Assembly (NCBI RefSeq): GCF_006345805.1
Contig: NC_042999.1
Location: 126,356,001-126,420,000 of the forward strand
Direction: 5' to 3'
Source: Octopus sinensis
Lineage: Eukaryota
DNA length: 64,000 bases
Positions 1 to 11,845 of the stretch are shown piece after piece; the stretch's first letter is position 1, and every line of letters starts with the position of its first letter. The translations under genes and the position numbers were made by a program. The notes under the pieces were generated by a model. The model saw only the letters and a list, made by a program, of their open reading frames with translations. It was not told the origin of the DNA and ran no database searches.

Positions 1-263
1 TGAATATTTGCTATGATTAGTTTAATTATTATTTGAAACTAAACGGTACATTCGATGAATTGCTTATTCGAGCAGCTGTTTTTGATAATTTAACACCAAC
101 CAATTTAGTATTAGAGAGGCAATGCCTGAATATAGGTGGCATGGCCACTGCTACAAACTCGTTGACAATAGTATAACAATACAATCCATAAAAACTAGTG
201 ATTGTCTGTGTCGGCTGGTAATAAATACAAATAATTCAAACAGTGGAGTATGATTTTTTCCCG

Positions 264-1121
264 GCACGGGGAGAGAAATTTAACGCTTCGGAGAGAAAAC
301 AAATATCAGCTAGTGTTGAAGGTCATATAAACTGGGATTAGTAAAAGTGAAGGAGAGAAAGGGTGTGAGGTAACAAGTGCCAAAAAGAAAGGAAGAATGA
401 GGCAAGGGAGACGAAAAAGGTGAAAATGGTAGAGTTAAGGAAGAAAAAGAAGAGAATAAGAGAAGAGGAAGTAAAGCAAATATCAGAGAAAGTAGAGAAG
501 GGGTAAGAGAGAAGTTAAAGGAGGTGGAAGAGATAATACGTATCAGAGAGAGAAGTTGTATGAATCAAAAAAGAAATAAAAGAGGTAAAGGAGAACGAAA
601 AAAGTGACACGGAGAAAGAAAAGAGGGTGAGAAAAGAGGAAGAAGCAGCAAGTGGCAAAAAGAGAGAAGGAGAAAAGGAGAGGTAAAGAGGGAAAATGTA
701 ACAAACATCAGAGAGTGAGTAGAGAATGGTTGAGTTAAGTGAGGAAGAAGATGTAACAAGGTAGGAGAAATTAAAACGAATGCCTAAAGATTTAAAATAC
801 GTTAAGAGGAAGAGGGGGTAGTAATAATAATAGGGAAACTATACACACATAAACATACACACTCTCCTAGCTGGCCTTTTTCTACCACCAATAGTTGTTA
901 TCCCTTCCCTTCTCTCTTCCCTCAATCTGCCATTTTCCTCTCGTCGTTCTTTCTCATCTCTCTCGTATCTCTCTGTCTCACCTCTCATTCTCCACTCTTT
1001 ATCTCATTCTCTCACCGTTTCTTTCATTTTCCAATTTATCCTTTAACACTAGTTGACATTTCATCTCTCCCTGACGAAGACTTTCTGGCTGAAATGTCAT
1101 TAAAACTTTTCTTCCCCGCGC
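264..1121. mobile_element. Decayed inverted pair of PLE-like terminal repeats (264-325 minus; 1038-1121 plus) around a purine-rich then pyrimidine-rich low-complexity tract
   Basis: Reverse complement of 264-325 (ccttcaacactagctgatattt..tctctcc) matches 1038-1070 (cctttaacactagttgacattt..tctctcc). The plus copy carries CTGACGA-A-gac..ggct-GAAATGTC, a decayed hammerhead-like core. Its downstream sequence resembles that of the 5919-5990 repeat. Confidence 0.4.
340..790. repeat. Purine-rich (A/G) low-complexity tract
   Basis: Plus strand is almost entirely A and G with no fixed period. Confidence 0.85.
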
Positions 1122-1227
1122 AATAATGTTTGCATATCTTTGATCACATGTTTGCTTCATCACGATTAACCTGACACTAAAGAACAATAACATTGTAGGA
1201 ATCTTAACATGGTCGCTCAATTTGTTA

Positions 1228-1740
1228 AAAAATAGCAGCTAAAAGTACTCTTAAATTACACCGGTCATCTGAAAAAAGGAGACTAACATTTGATAATGTA
1301 GTTTTATAGCCAAAAACGACGAGGTAGCCATGGTTGAAATGTTTTTGACTATGTGTTTGCTTGACTAGACTTAGACTAGAGCTAAACTTTCTGTGATCAG
1401 TCTGTCTACTAAAAACAGCAACCAAATCTCCCTCAGATTACACACTGTTTTCTCTAAAAATGCAAAAAAGTGCACATTGGTTAATGAACTCACTTCTACA
1501 TATCAATTCTTGAAAGAAGTTAAGGTATTTTCATTTAGAATGCCTTTTATCACAAGTTCCTGTTCGATCAGTGCTAAAGATAGCAATTAAATTTTCCCTG
1601 AAATCACCTTCTATCGTCTCAAAAATTTAATAAAGGAAGTAGATGAGGTACTAAAAGGAAGACCTAGTCGGACTAAAGAAAAAATCAGAATTATCACATC
1701 AAGGTCTCCGTTTGATAAGTACTAAAAATAACAGTCATAA
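1228..1740 (-). mobile_element. Cluster of fragments of an old dispersed repeat (other copies near 7190-7250, 7600-7910, 9990-10170, 20150-20250, 22490-22620, 23020-23260, 39900-40090, 42530-42660, 56820-56890)
   Basis: Recurrent degenerate motif aaacagcagc(c/t)aaatctcc(c/g)tca(a/g)attacacc, its reverse complement, and the linked ggacacattggata motif. Class unknown. Confidence 0.5.
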
Positions 1741-2120
1741 CAGATAAGAAGAAAATTTGCACGTGATTGAGAATCGCACTAAATATTTTATATTTAGTTT
1801 CGGGTTTGTTTTTTCTTTTCTTTTTTATTTTTGGTTTTTGTGGGGCTTGTTTTCTACCTTCTAACTTTAAACTTCATTGAATATAGGCATTGCCTTTAAA
1901 TTTCCCCCAGAAGAAATAAAATATATACTAATGACAGATGGGAGGCCGAACCAGTCACCTATAATTTGTTGATATCTGCACAAACTTCTGGGTTGCTTTC
2001 ATTCAGTTGGGGCTCAATATCTGCTTCGTTAGCATTAAGCTGATTTGTAAATCTCTCCTGAATAATTTCTGGGGAAACTTAACTTATCCTAAAGTGTAAG
2101 TTCCTTTTCTAGACTGCTAT

Positions 2121-2420
2121 GTGAAGGCGTCTGGCTCGCAGTCATGAGATAGCCAGTTCCATTCTCGAACCGGGCTGTGCGTTGTGTTCTTGAGTAAGAC
2201 ACTTTATTTCACATTGCTCCAGTTCACTCAGCCTAGAATGCGATGTCACTGGTACCAAACTGTATTATCCTTTGCCTTTCCCTTGGATAACATTTGATGG
2301 CGTGAAGAGGAGAAGTTGATATCCATGGGCGACTGCTGATCATCCATAAACAACCTTTCTCAGACTTGTGCCTCAGAGGGTAACTTTCTAGGTGCAATCC
2401 CATCGTCATTCATTTATGTG
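2121..2420 (+). mobile_element. SINE-IV, degenerate tRNA-headed SINE
   Basis: Shares ttgtgttct(t/c)gag(t/c)aa(g/a)aca(c/t)tttatttcac(a/g)ttgctccag with 48225-48405. The head is a decayed tRNA-like sequence. Confidence 0.65.
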
Positions 2421-2811
2421 AAATCTAGCTATTATATCCGGTGAGTCAAACTTACAAAACACACAGCTATAAATATAGTTGAATATCATAGATACATGAA
2501 CATTTCTGTTCCGACATTATAGACCTCCGTTTTCCAGCACTATAGACCTCCATTATACGACCATCAACCTCTACGAAGGTAATCATTAAATTATTAACAT
2601 TTTCGTCGGAGGACGAACAGACCTTAATGAAGTACTGTTAATCTAGTCAACGGATAACGTGGCTCAGTTCAAGCCATGGTTACCGACCATTTCATTCCAT
2701 TTACGTCATTAAGCTTCTTGGGAAAAGGCATGAGTATCGCAACTTTCCGTTTTTTCCTCTCGTTAAAATGTCATAAATTGTGATCGCGTAAGAAGCATTT
2801 AAACCACTACT

Positions 2812-2859
2812 ATGACTACTACTGCTGCCACCACTACTATCATTGTGAATCCAACATTG

Positions 2860-2893
<34 letters not shown>

Positions 2894-3092
2894 TTACTAC
2901 TACTACTACTACTACTGCCACTGCTGCTGCTACTACTATGAAGTCTGTCGACCTGTCAGAAACAGCAGCCAAATTTTCACACGTTATACCCTACCACCAT
3001 CTAAAAGGAAGGACACATTGAACAATGGATACACAAAAAGTCACATTGATCACGACTGGAATGTCCGCAGGACTGACATAGGGTTAAGCTGT

Positions 3093-3124
<32 letters not shown>

Positions 3125-3125
3125 C
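2812..3125. repeat. (ACT)n tract at 2812-2940 and (CTG)n tract at 3087-3125
   Basis: Direct reading. Source of the poly-Thr and poly-Cys ORFs. Confidence 0.95.
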
Positions 3126-3714
3126 TACAGTAGCTACCGCCCCCAATTTTTCCAGTCACGATTAGTTTTAATTTCATCCAACTCTTGCTTTATCTTTAGT
3201 AGATGAGATAGGACGAGGTTTGGTGAAGCTAAGTAAGTAAGGCTTGGCAATCTGTCATCGCTCTACTATATGTTACGGAAAGCAAACAAGATGGAGTAAC
3301 GACATACTGAATATATAAATCTTATTAGAGATAATACTTTCTGACTTTTGTTTTCTTCTCCAGCTTCTACTGTTCGTTCATTCATTCTTTCTCTTCTTTC
3401 ACTCATTGTCACTTGTTAAAATGTTTATTGTTTAGTTTTTTAGAATTTTTGGTTTATTTTTTCTAAACGATGAGGCTTTCTATCAATGTCAGTATATTTG
3501 CGGGGCCTTTGGTAAGTCCACGTTTTATAAATGGTTTTATTTCTATATTGACGTATATATTTATAAAACTTCATAATGTTGTTTCATTATATTAAAAATT
3601 TCGATTATATCTTCGGTTTCATTCCATAATCAAGGTTGTTGAAAGCGTTAACACTGGAACACGCGACCTTCGTAACAAGCAGAATAATCTTATAGATATG
3701 TTTGGATGGTAATA

Positions 3715-3890
3715 GATGGCACAATAGGTAAAGCGAAGAGAAATACCTGGATGTATGTAGCTAATTTATGAGTTCAAATTCCATTGAGGTCAACTTCGTT
3801 TTTAATTCTTCCGCATCGATAAATTAAATACTGTTCAGATATAGAATTAATTTAATCGACTTTCCTCCAGAGTGTTGCATCAGTGGCATA
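3715..3890 (+). mobile_element. Old degenerate SINE-I copy (similar relics at 18965-19310 minus, 20750-20950 plus; head-only pieces near 13570 and 23350)
   Basis: gagttcaaattcc..gaggtcaactt..tcgataaattaa..taatcgact backbone. Confidence 0.55.
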
Positions 3891-4434
3891 GTTAGAAGTC
3901 ATCATCATCATTATATCTATCTAACTCTCTACATACATACATACATACATACATACATACATACATACATACATACATACATACATACATACATACATAC
4001 ATGCATGCATGCAAAGCAAATTAAATAAAATCTGGGATTTTGCGGAGGATCAAAATAGGTAATACAAACAGGACAGTGAAAACAAACAAGAAGGGATGCT
4101 AAGCCTAAACGAGGTTGTGGTGGCGAACGCGTAAATCAAGCTAGGACAGGAGACAAACAAGAACATGTCTTCCTTGTTCCAGCTGTAACGAAGAAAAAGA
4201 AAGATGGCCGATGGTCACGTGTGACCCACGTGAGCAAAGGAGGAGTGTGGGAGAGAGAGTGACAGAGCAATAGGATAGAATAGTGAGAGAAGAGGAGGTA
4301 AAAGAATAAGAGAGAAAAAAAGAGAAAAACGAAAAAGTAAAAAGATCGTATAGAGTGCACATCAGAATTATTATGATAAAACTTACTTGGAAGAGGATGC
4401 GTGGTGTTCAATCATATAAAATATAAATATTATG

Positions 4435-4489
4435 TTATTATATGATTTTTTTTTGTTTTACACGTTTCATGACGTCCTGTGCCCACATA

Positions 4490-4555
<66 letters not shown>

Positions 4556-4678
4556 ACGTATAAATGTAAGTATGTACATATACGTATGTATATATGCGTA
4601 TATATATATATATATATATTATTATTATTATATGATTTTTTAATTTTTACACGTTTCATGACGTCCTGTGCCCACATA

Positions 4679-4710
<32 letters not shown>

Positions 4711-4751
4711 CGTATAAATGTAAGTATGTACATATACGTATGTATATATGC

Positions 4752-4806
<55 letters not shown>
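4435..4806. repeat. Tandem duplication of a ~190-bp unit containing (TA)n
   Basis: ttacacgtttcatgacgtcctgtgcccacatatgc and tacgtataaatgtaagtatgtacatatacg each occur twice, about 190 bp apart. Confidence 0.92.
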
Positions 4807-4807
<1 letters not shown>

Positions 4808-5019
4808 AAGTAGTGTACAATTAAACACAAGAGAAACTACCTTTAATAGGTAGTTTTATACGCTAGAAGAAGCAGTCAATTTCAAAGGGAATGAAAAATA
4901 TAAACTTTTACCATGTTATTTTTTTACGTTTATACCAAGGTTTCGAATTTTATTTAGCAAATAAAGTAATTTGCTAGGCGAAATTCTCATCATTAAACGC
5001 GCCATAACATTAAAATATA

Positions 5020-5165
5020 TGGAACTGGATAGCCTTGTACCACCTCTACTCAGGCACCCTTGTTCTACTCATTTCTCTCCTATCTTGCAACCATAACCTC
5101 GGGCTCCACACTTAGCCATTACACTTAGTACTTCTTTCCTAGAAAGTCGGCCCTCTGCTAATTAT
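5020..5165 (-). mobile_element. Short copy of an unclassified dispersed repeat (longer copy at 8228-8520)
   Basis: About 140 bp closely similar to 8228-8365 (ccttgtaccacctctactcaggcac..agaaagtcggccctctgcta). Strand taken from the ORF in the longer copy. Confidence 0.7.
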
Positions 5166-5260
5166 TCTGCATTATATCTTATAATTTTATACATACATAC
5201 ATACATACATACATACATACATACGTACGTACGTACGTACATACATATATATATATATAT

Positions 5261-5294
<34 letters not shown>

Positions 5295-5324
5295 GTATAT
5301 ATAATATGTATATATATATATATA

Positions 5325-5394
<70 letters not shown>

Positions 5395-5410
5395 ATATAC
5401 ATATATATAT

Positions 5411-5688
5411 ACCAGCGTAAGCACATAAATGCGAAACAAGTGGAAAACATAGTACTCGAATACTAGGCGTAGAGTAATAAGCTTTATTAAAAAGCTACAT
5501 AAATATCACAAAAACTGCTACTCAGAGTTTCACGTTCCCGTTCGTCGGACAGTTTTGTTTAAAATAGAATAAGATAAAATTTCTGCGTATAACTTTATGT
5601 TCCTCCATTCTAAACAAAACTGTCCAACGAACGGGAACATGAAATTCTGAGTAACAGATTTTGTGATATTTTTGCTGCTTTTTAATAA
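5411..5688. mobile_element. PLE terminal-repeat remnant: inverted arms (~5484-5561 and 5611-5688) embedded in (TA)n
   Basis: The arms are reverse complements with few mismatches, separated by a ~49-nt spacer. Each contains a hammerhead motif, and (TA)n lies on both sides. Confidence 0.75.
5514..5553 (-). ncRNA. Minimal type I hammerhead ribozyme motif (U4C variant)
   Basis: ACUGU-CCGACGA-ACG(GGAA)CGU-GAAAC(UCUGA)GU-A-GCAGU. Stems I, II and III all pair; the cleavage triplet is GUA. The mirror copy at 5619-5658 (+) has core-breaking changes. Confidence 0.7.
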
Positions 5689-5759
5689 TATATATATAAT
5701 ATATATACACACACACACACGCACGCACAAACACACTTGTCATCTTGCACACACACACA

Positions 5760-6060
5760 CACACACAGGCATTCCCTTTTTTTGTAACTCTCTTGCATTA
5801 TAAAACCATTTTTCAACTACCTCCAAATTCTGTTCTTTTCAACATGTGATCTCTTAAGCACCACCAGTTCAAACATTGTCTCCTCTGTCTTCCCTCCTTG
5901 GGATCTTTCCTTCTCCTTGTTTCCGACGAAGAGCTCCGCTCGAAACGTTAAACCCTCCTTCCCTTCTTTCCTGAGCGTCAATAATACTTTAATTGTTCCA
6001 CGTCCTGCGTTGCTGTGTTTTTTCTCTTTTTTTCTTTTTTCTGTGTTTTCTTGTTTGGAT

Positions 6061-6066
<6 letters not shown>
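5760..6066 (+). mobile_element. PLE terminal-repeat remnant, second family, ending in (TA)n
   Basis: Pyrimidine-rich lead-in, hammerhead-like core at 5919-5953, and a T-rich tail running into (TA)n. Related to 55975-56160. Confidence 0.55.
5919..5953 (+). ncRNA. Ultra-minimal hammerhead-like motif with loopless stem III
   Basis: GUUU-CCGACGA-A-GAGC(UCC)GCUC-GAAAC-GU-U-AAAC. Has U4C, an extra A and U at position 17. Confidence 0.5.
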
Positions 6067-6090
<24 letters not shown>

Positions 6091-6091
<1 letters not shown>

Positions 6092-6389
6092 CACCGTGAT
6101 CACCGTGATCGTCCAGGCTATCAGATGTTGCTACACATCGCTGGTCACAATGCGCTTCGCATTGTTTTAGCCTTCAAATGACGCCACCCCGCTGGCTAAG
6201 CGAGCAGGCCAACAGAAGAAAGAATGAGAGAAAGTTGTGGCGAAAGAGTACAGCAGGGATCGCCACCATCCCCTGCCGGAGCCTCGTGGAGCTTTAGGTG
6301 TTTTCGCTCAATAAACACTCACAACGCTTGGTCTGGGAATCGAAACCGCGATACTACGACCGCGAGTCCGCTGCCCTAACCACTGGGCC

Positions 6390-6390
<1 letters not shown>
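6091..6390 (-). mobile_element. SINE-II, tRNA-derived
   Basis: Reverse complement matches 37109-37413 along its length. A-box TGGCCCAGTGG, B-box GGTTTCGATTCC, tail ..gatcacggtga followed by (TA)n. Confidence 0.9.
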
Positions 6391-7035
<645 letters not shown>

Positions 7036-7436
7036 GCAGCGGTGGCGGTAGCGTCAGCCCTGCTCTCGAACAGAACTTCATTGTGATCAGTGGTATTCGA
7101 AATGTGGATAATCTGTCAGAAATAGTGCACCTAGAACTACATTAGCCAATGTCCTTTCGCTTCTTTTTTTTCCTCTCTTTTTTTTTTAATCAGTAGGATG
7201 TTAAATGAGGGAGATTTGTCTGCTGTGTTAGCAAGTCAAATGACAAAGTAGCACTTGTTGGCGTTGTTGGTGCTGCTGTTTGTTGTAGTTGTGGTGATCG
7301 TAGTGGTCGTCATGGTGTTGGTAGTGATGGTAGATTGGGGGATAGTGGTATAATTCTAGGTATGTTGCTGTTGGAGTCGTCGTTCTTGTTATTGCTGCTG
7401 ATGATGGTGATGTTGATGATGAGGAGGAGGAGGAGA

Positions 7437-7467
<31 letters not shown>

Positions 7468-7750
7468 TCATCATCATCATTCTGATTTACCAAGAACGTG
7501 ATTCGTGTTTAGTTGCTGACGATAATTGTATCGTTGATAGTATGTTGACTTTCTAACCCTTATCTTTTCTTCTCTTTAAAACCATCCATTTCTTCGAACC
7601 AAAGAGGAATCCTTACAAATAGAAACAAATTTTTCCCTCATATTACACCCTCATGTGAAAAGAAACCAAGGACACATTGGATGATGTCTCATGAGATGCA
7701 TTACATATACAGTTGAAAGACAGAATGATCGGGGCTGGAACAGATCTTTA

Positions 7751-7798
7751 AGATATTGACCTTGAGCCGAATTAAGATATTGACTTTGAGCCGAATTA
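7751..7798. repeat. 24-bp tandem duplication
   Basis: agatattgac(c/t)ttgagccgaatta x2. Confidence 0.9.
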
Positions 7799-8227
7799 CA
7801 ACCATTTATTCTCTCAGCCAACGGGAAAGCTTTTACACAGTTTCCAAAATCAAACCTTTCTATAGAGAAAATGGGATGAGACACATTGGATAATGTAGTC
7901 TTATCTCGGGAAATACGGCGGTAAATTAGTAACATCGTAAAAAGCGACGGGTTAGAATATATTACTGTATTTGTTCCGGTTCCCTACGTTATGACAGCCC
8001 TTAGAGATTGAATTTTACTTACGTATTTTCAGAGTTGATTAATAAAATACGAGGCCAGGGTGATAGATTAGCAGAAAGATCAGAACGTTGGACGGGGTGT
8101 TTTGCGGCGGCATGAGTTTCAACACTTTGCGTTCTGACACTATTCATTCTCTGGCTCACAACCTGCTACCTCATCTCTCTCTTTCTCTCTCCACCGTTAC
8201 AACAGTTTTAATGGCCCCTGTTTCTTG

Positions 8228-8520
8228 GAAATGGATAACCTTGTACCACCTCTACTCAGGCACCTTGTTCTACTCATTTCTTTCCTATCTTGCGACCATT
8301 ACCTCGGGCACCACACTTAACCTTACACTTAGTCCTTCTTTCCCAGAAAGTCGGCCCTCTGCTACTTCTTCCGCACCCATATTTTTCAGACAGGTGTTGA
8401 CTTGCAACAGTTTAAGCGGAACGTTAAGGACATCAATATTATCCGTCTCGGCATTGCGGGCTGCGAAGGCCAAGGGCATTGTCCTCTCCTCCGGACTAAG
8501 GAATCTACATTCCACCTTAT
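8228..8520 (-). mobile_element. Unclassified repeat with a 76-aa open frame, possibly a retroelement ORF remnant
   Basis: Homologous to 5020-5165. The minus ORF at 8285-8515 is non-repetitive, but no diagnostic motif is recognised. Confidence 0.45.
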
Positions 8521-8736
8521 TGTATATTTAGGATATATTGAAATAGTCATAACTGAAATAAATTTGATTATAAGTTTGCTCAGCCAATGCTGGCCTAGGG
8601 CTAAACATCATCAATATACATACACACACGCTACACATACGCACAGACACATATACATACATGCAAACACGCAAACGCACGCACTCTATCGTGTGCATTC
8701 ACTTGAAAATTTAAACGTAGACTTTCCTTTCTTTTT

Positions 8737-8804
<68 letters not shown>

Positions 8805-9354
8805 GAAAGACATAAACATATACTTATTCTCACCCACGCGCCTCCACTGTTTTCCTCTTCCATTCTCTCTCTATATATATACAACGTCTCGTTCTCTTAT
8901 TGGACTTCTCACCCTCTCTCTCTCCCTTTCACTTTTTTCCCTGTCTTTCTTTTAGTTCTACTATCATTTAGTCTCCTTGCTTCACACACACACACATACA
9001 TACATACACACACACATACACAGTCACCCATACGTACTCAGACACATATCTACACACACTTCATTTTTCAGCCATTCCTGTCTTTTCTCCACAAGCACGA
9101 GCGCATGCGCCTACACACACACACATGCATATACGCATACACACACACACACACACACACACACGCATGCACAAACACACTCTCGAACATTTTCTCTCAA
9201 CAGCATACGCATGCGTATTCACACAACTACAAACACAACATATTTTCTCCCCTCTTTCATGTTTCCCCATTACTCCCCTTCACTCAATCTCTCTCTTTTC
9301 TCTCAAATACCCAATACACAAACATACATAAACATGCACACACTTTCACATCTC

Positions 9355-9385
<31 letters not shown>

Positions 9386-10945
9386 GACTTTGCCTCTCTT
9401 TCTATCTTTCTCTTCAATTATTCCCCCCTTTCTCCCACACTCAATGTTAGTTCATCATTTGTTAATATCCCTTTGACCCTCACAAGGTTGTCACGTACAG
9501 TTTCACTCGTATAATCGCATAACATTTCTTTGTCGTCAAACGTAAGACAGTGAAAACCCATTTGAAAACTTTCGTTTTATCATGGCAATTGGAAACAGCT
9601 GCCTGCCTCTACCTCAAACAGAAGTAGTATATACAGACTTCTTAATTGTTATTATTATTATTATTGTTTTTGTTGTTGTTGTTGTCGACGTCGTCGTTGC
9701 CGTTGTTATTGTTTGTTGTTGTTGTTGTTGTTGTTATTATTATTATTATCATCATTATTATTATTATTATTATATTATTATTATTATTTTTATATGAGTA
9801 GTGAGGGTGGTGGAATGACAAAGGCAGTTAAGTGGGCGATTTCGGAGAACGACGGACAAAATGACTTGCGGTGTTGAATTACGTCCCTTTAGATTCTTAA
9901 TTTGAATTTCGCAGTGGTTGATTTTTTTACCTTTCATTATTCTGTGGGTTTCTGTTGCTGTTCTTGTTATTGTTGCTGTTGTTTTCATTTAACCCTGAAT
10001 CAACCTTCATTGAGCAGGTTATGATCAAAGGCATTCAAGCTGTGGCTATCCTATCTTCCATATAGGGATTATCTTATCCAACGTGTCCTTATTTTGTTAA
10101 AATAGTTGGGTGTGGTTTGAGAGAATACAATCGTTACTTCTAGCAAGTGAGCGACAATGTAGAGGATCCCGAAGCGACACGTCGTTTCCCACAAAAATGT
10201 AATTTCATGTCATTATAAGAAACCATTATATAATTGCACTTGTCAAAAAAAAAATTGTTTAAAATGAAACTAGCTTTTCTTAATGCATTTTGGACGTTGA
10301 TACCAAATTTGTCTTTAGTTTTTCCCGAGTGTGTCTTGTTTTTGAAATATGGCAGTGTTCACTTTTATCAATGCTTAATGTATATTAAGTTACATCGTAT
10401 ACAAATTGTGTTTATTGCTTGAGCTGAAACATATACACTTGATAAATTCCTTAATAAATTAATTAATTTTGATCCCTCTTTTACGTCATAGTTTCAATTA
10501 GGGACACATATAATTGAAGAATATGCATTATACAAGTTTTTAGAAGCGTTGTGAAATATGACTTTTCTCTTATAAACTTGATTTGAGTAATCGCAATAGA
10601 GAATCCGACAAGCCTGCATTTACAAATCTCTCGTATCTTGTTTCCTTTGTATGAATATCTTGATAGACTGGTCCTCCTTACTCATCACGTAAAGTGAGAA
10701 GGATGAAGTGTACATTTAATGCCATCGCCCAGATCATTTATTTATAGGCATCGAGGTTTTTCAACTCCACTTATATAGGTAGGGAATTTATTATTCTTCT
10801 GAAAGTTTTCGCAACCCCATTTAAAAATCTGCCAAGTAATATTAATATGTGCAGGGTTCGTTCAACTTCATTCTTTTAAAACTGCCAAGATTGCGATCAT
10901 ACAAAAATTCAACCCTGTATGTTTGCTATATTCAGATAAGAACAA

Positions 10946-11360
10946 GGCGGCGAGCTGGCAGAAACGTTAGCGCGCCGGGCAAAATGCTTAGCGGTATTTC
11001 GTCTATCGTTACGTTGTGAATTCAAATTCCCCCGTGGTCGACTTTACCTTTCGTCCTTTCGGGGTCGATTGAATAAGTAACAGTTACGCACTGGGGTCGA
11101 TATAATCGACTTAATCCGTTTGTCTATCCTTGTTTGTCCTCTCTGTGTTTAGCCCCTTGTGGGTAGTAAAGAAATAGGTATTTCGTCTGTCGTTATGTAC
11201 TGAGTTCAAATTCCGCCGAGGTCGACTTTGCCTTTCATCCTTTCGGGGTCGATAAATAAAGTACCAGTTTCGCACTGGGGTCGATGTAATCGACTTAATC
11301 CCTTTGTCTGTCCTTGTTTGTCCCCTCTATGTTTAGCCCCTTGTGGGTAGTAAAGAAATA
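10946..11360 (+). mobile_element. SINE-I dimer (head-body-tail a + body-tail a) with a 13-bp target-site duplication
   Basis: Head GGCGGCGAGCTGGCAGAAACG; B-box-like (tga)attcaaattcc. The body repeats from 11176. tatattcagataa occurs at both 10927-10939 and 11361-11373. Confidence 0.92.
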
Positions 11361-11496
11361 TATATTCAGATAAAAGTTTTTGTTTTGTTTTTTGTAATCC
11401 TGCTAAAATTCTACTGAACTAAGTTTAAGCCATTGCCGAAACAAATGTTTTCATTAAACCTAGCTGAATATCAATAAGCAGCAGAAATATTATTTT

Positions 11497-11540
11497 TACT
11501 AGCTGGCCCCGTGCCGTCAAAAATGACGGCTAACTGTAGT
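11497..11540 (+). mobile_element. Possible Helentron-type 5' terminus
   Basis: tTACTAGCtggccccgt followed by the hairpin gccgtca-aaaa-tgacggc. Resembles the start at 21146; no partner end found. Confidence 0.35.
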
Positions 11541-11777
11541 ATTTTATTTATAAATATGGATGGTAAATCAAATTAATACATTTATTAGTGTTATCTAGTG
11601 GTTATCTTTTGAGATGTGACATTGATCATCGTTTGTTATTGAAAGAACGCTAGTTTACACATACAAACATTCACATACTTCCCTTGTACACGCACACATA
11701 CATATATACTCACACAGAGTTGAAACGCTGTTTGATTTTTCTTTTCAGCGTTGAATGTTCATCTTCCCACTTCCATT

Positions 11778-11845
<68 letters not shown>

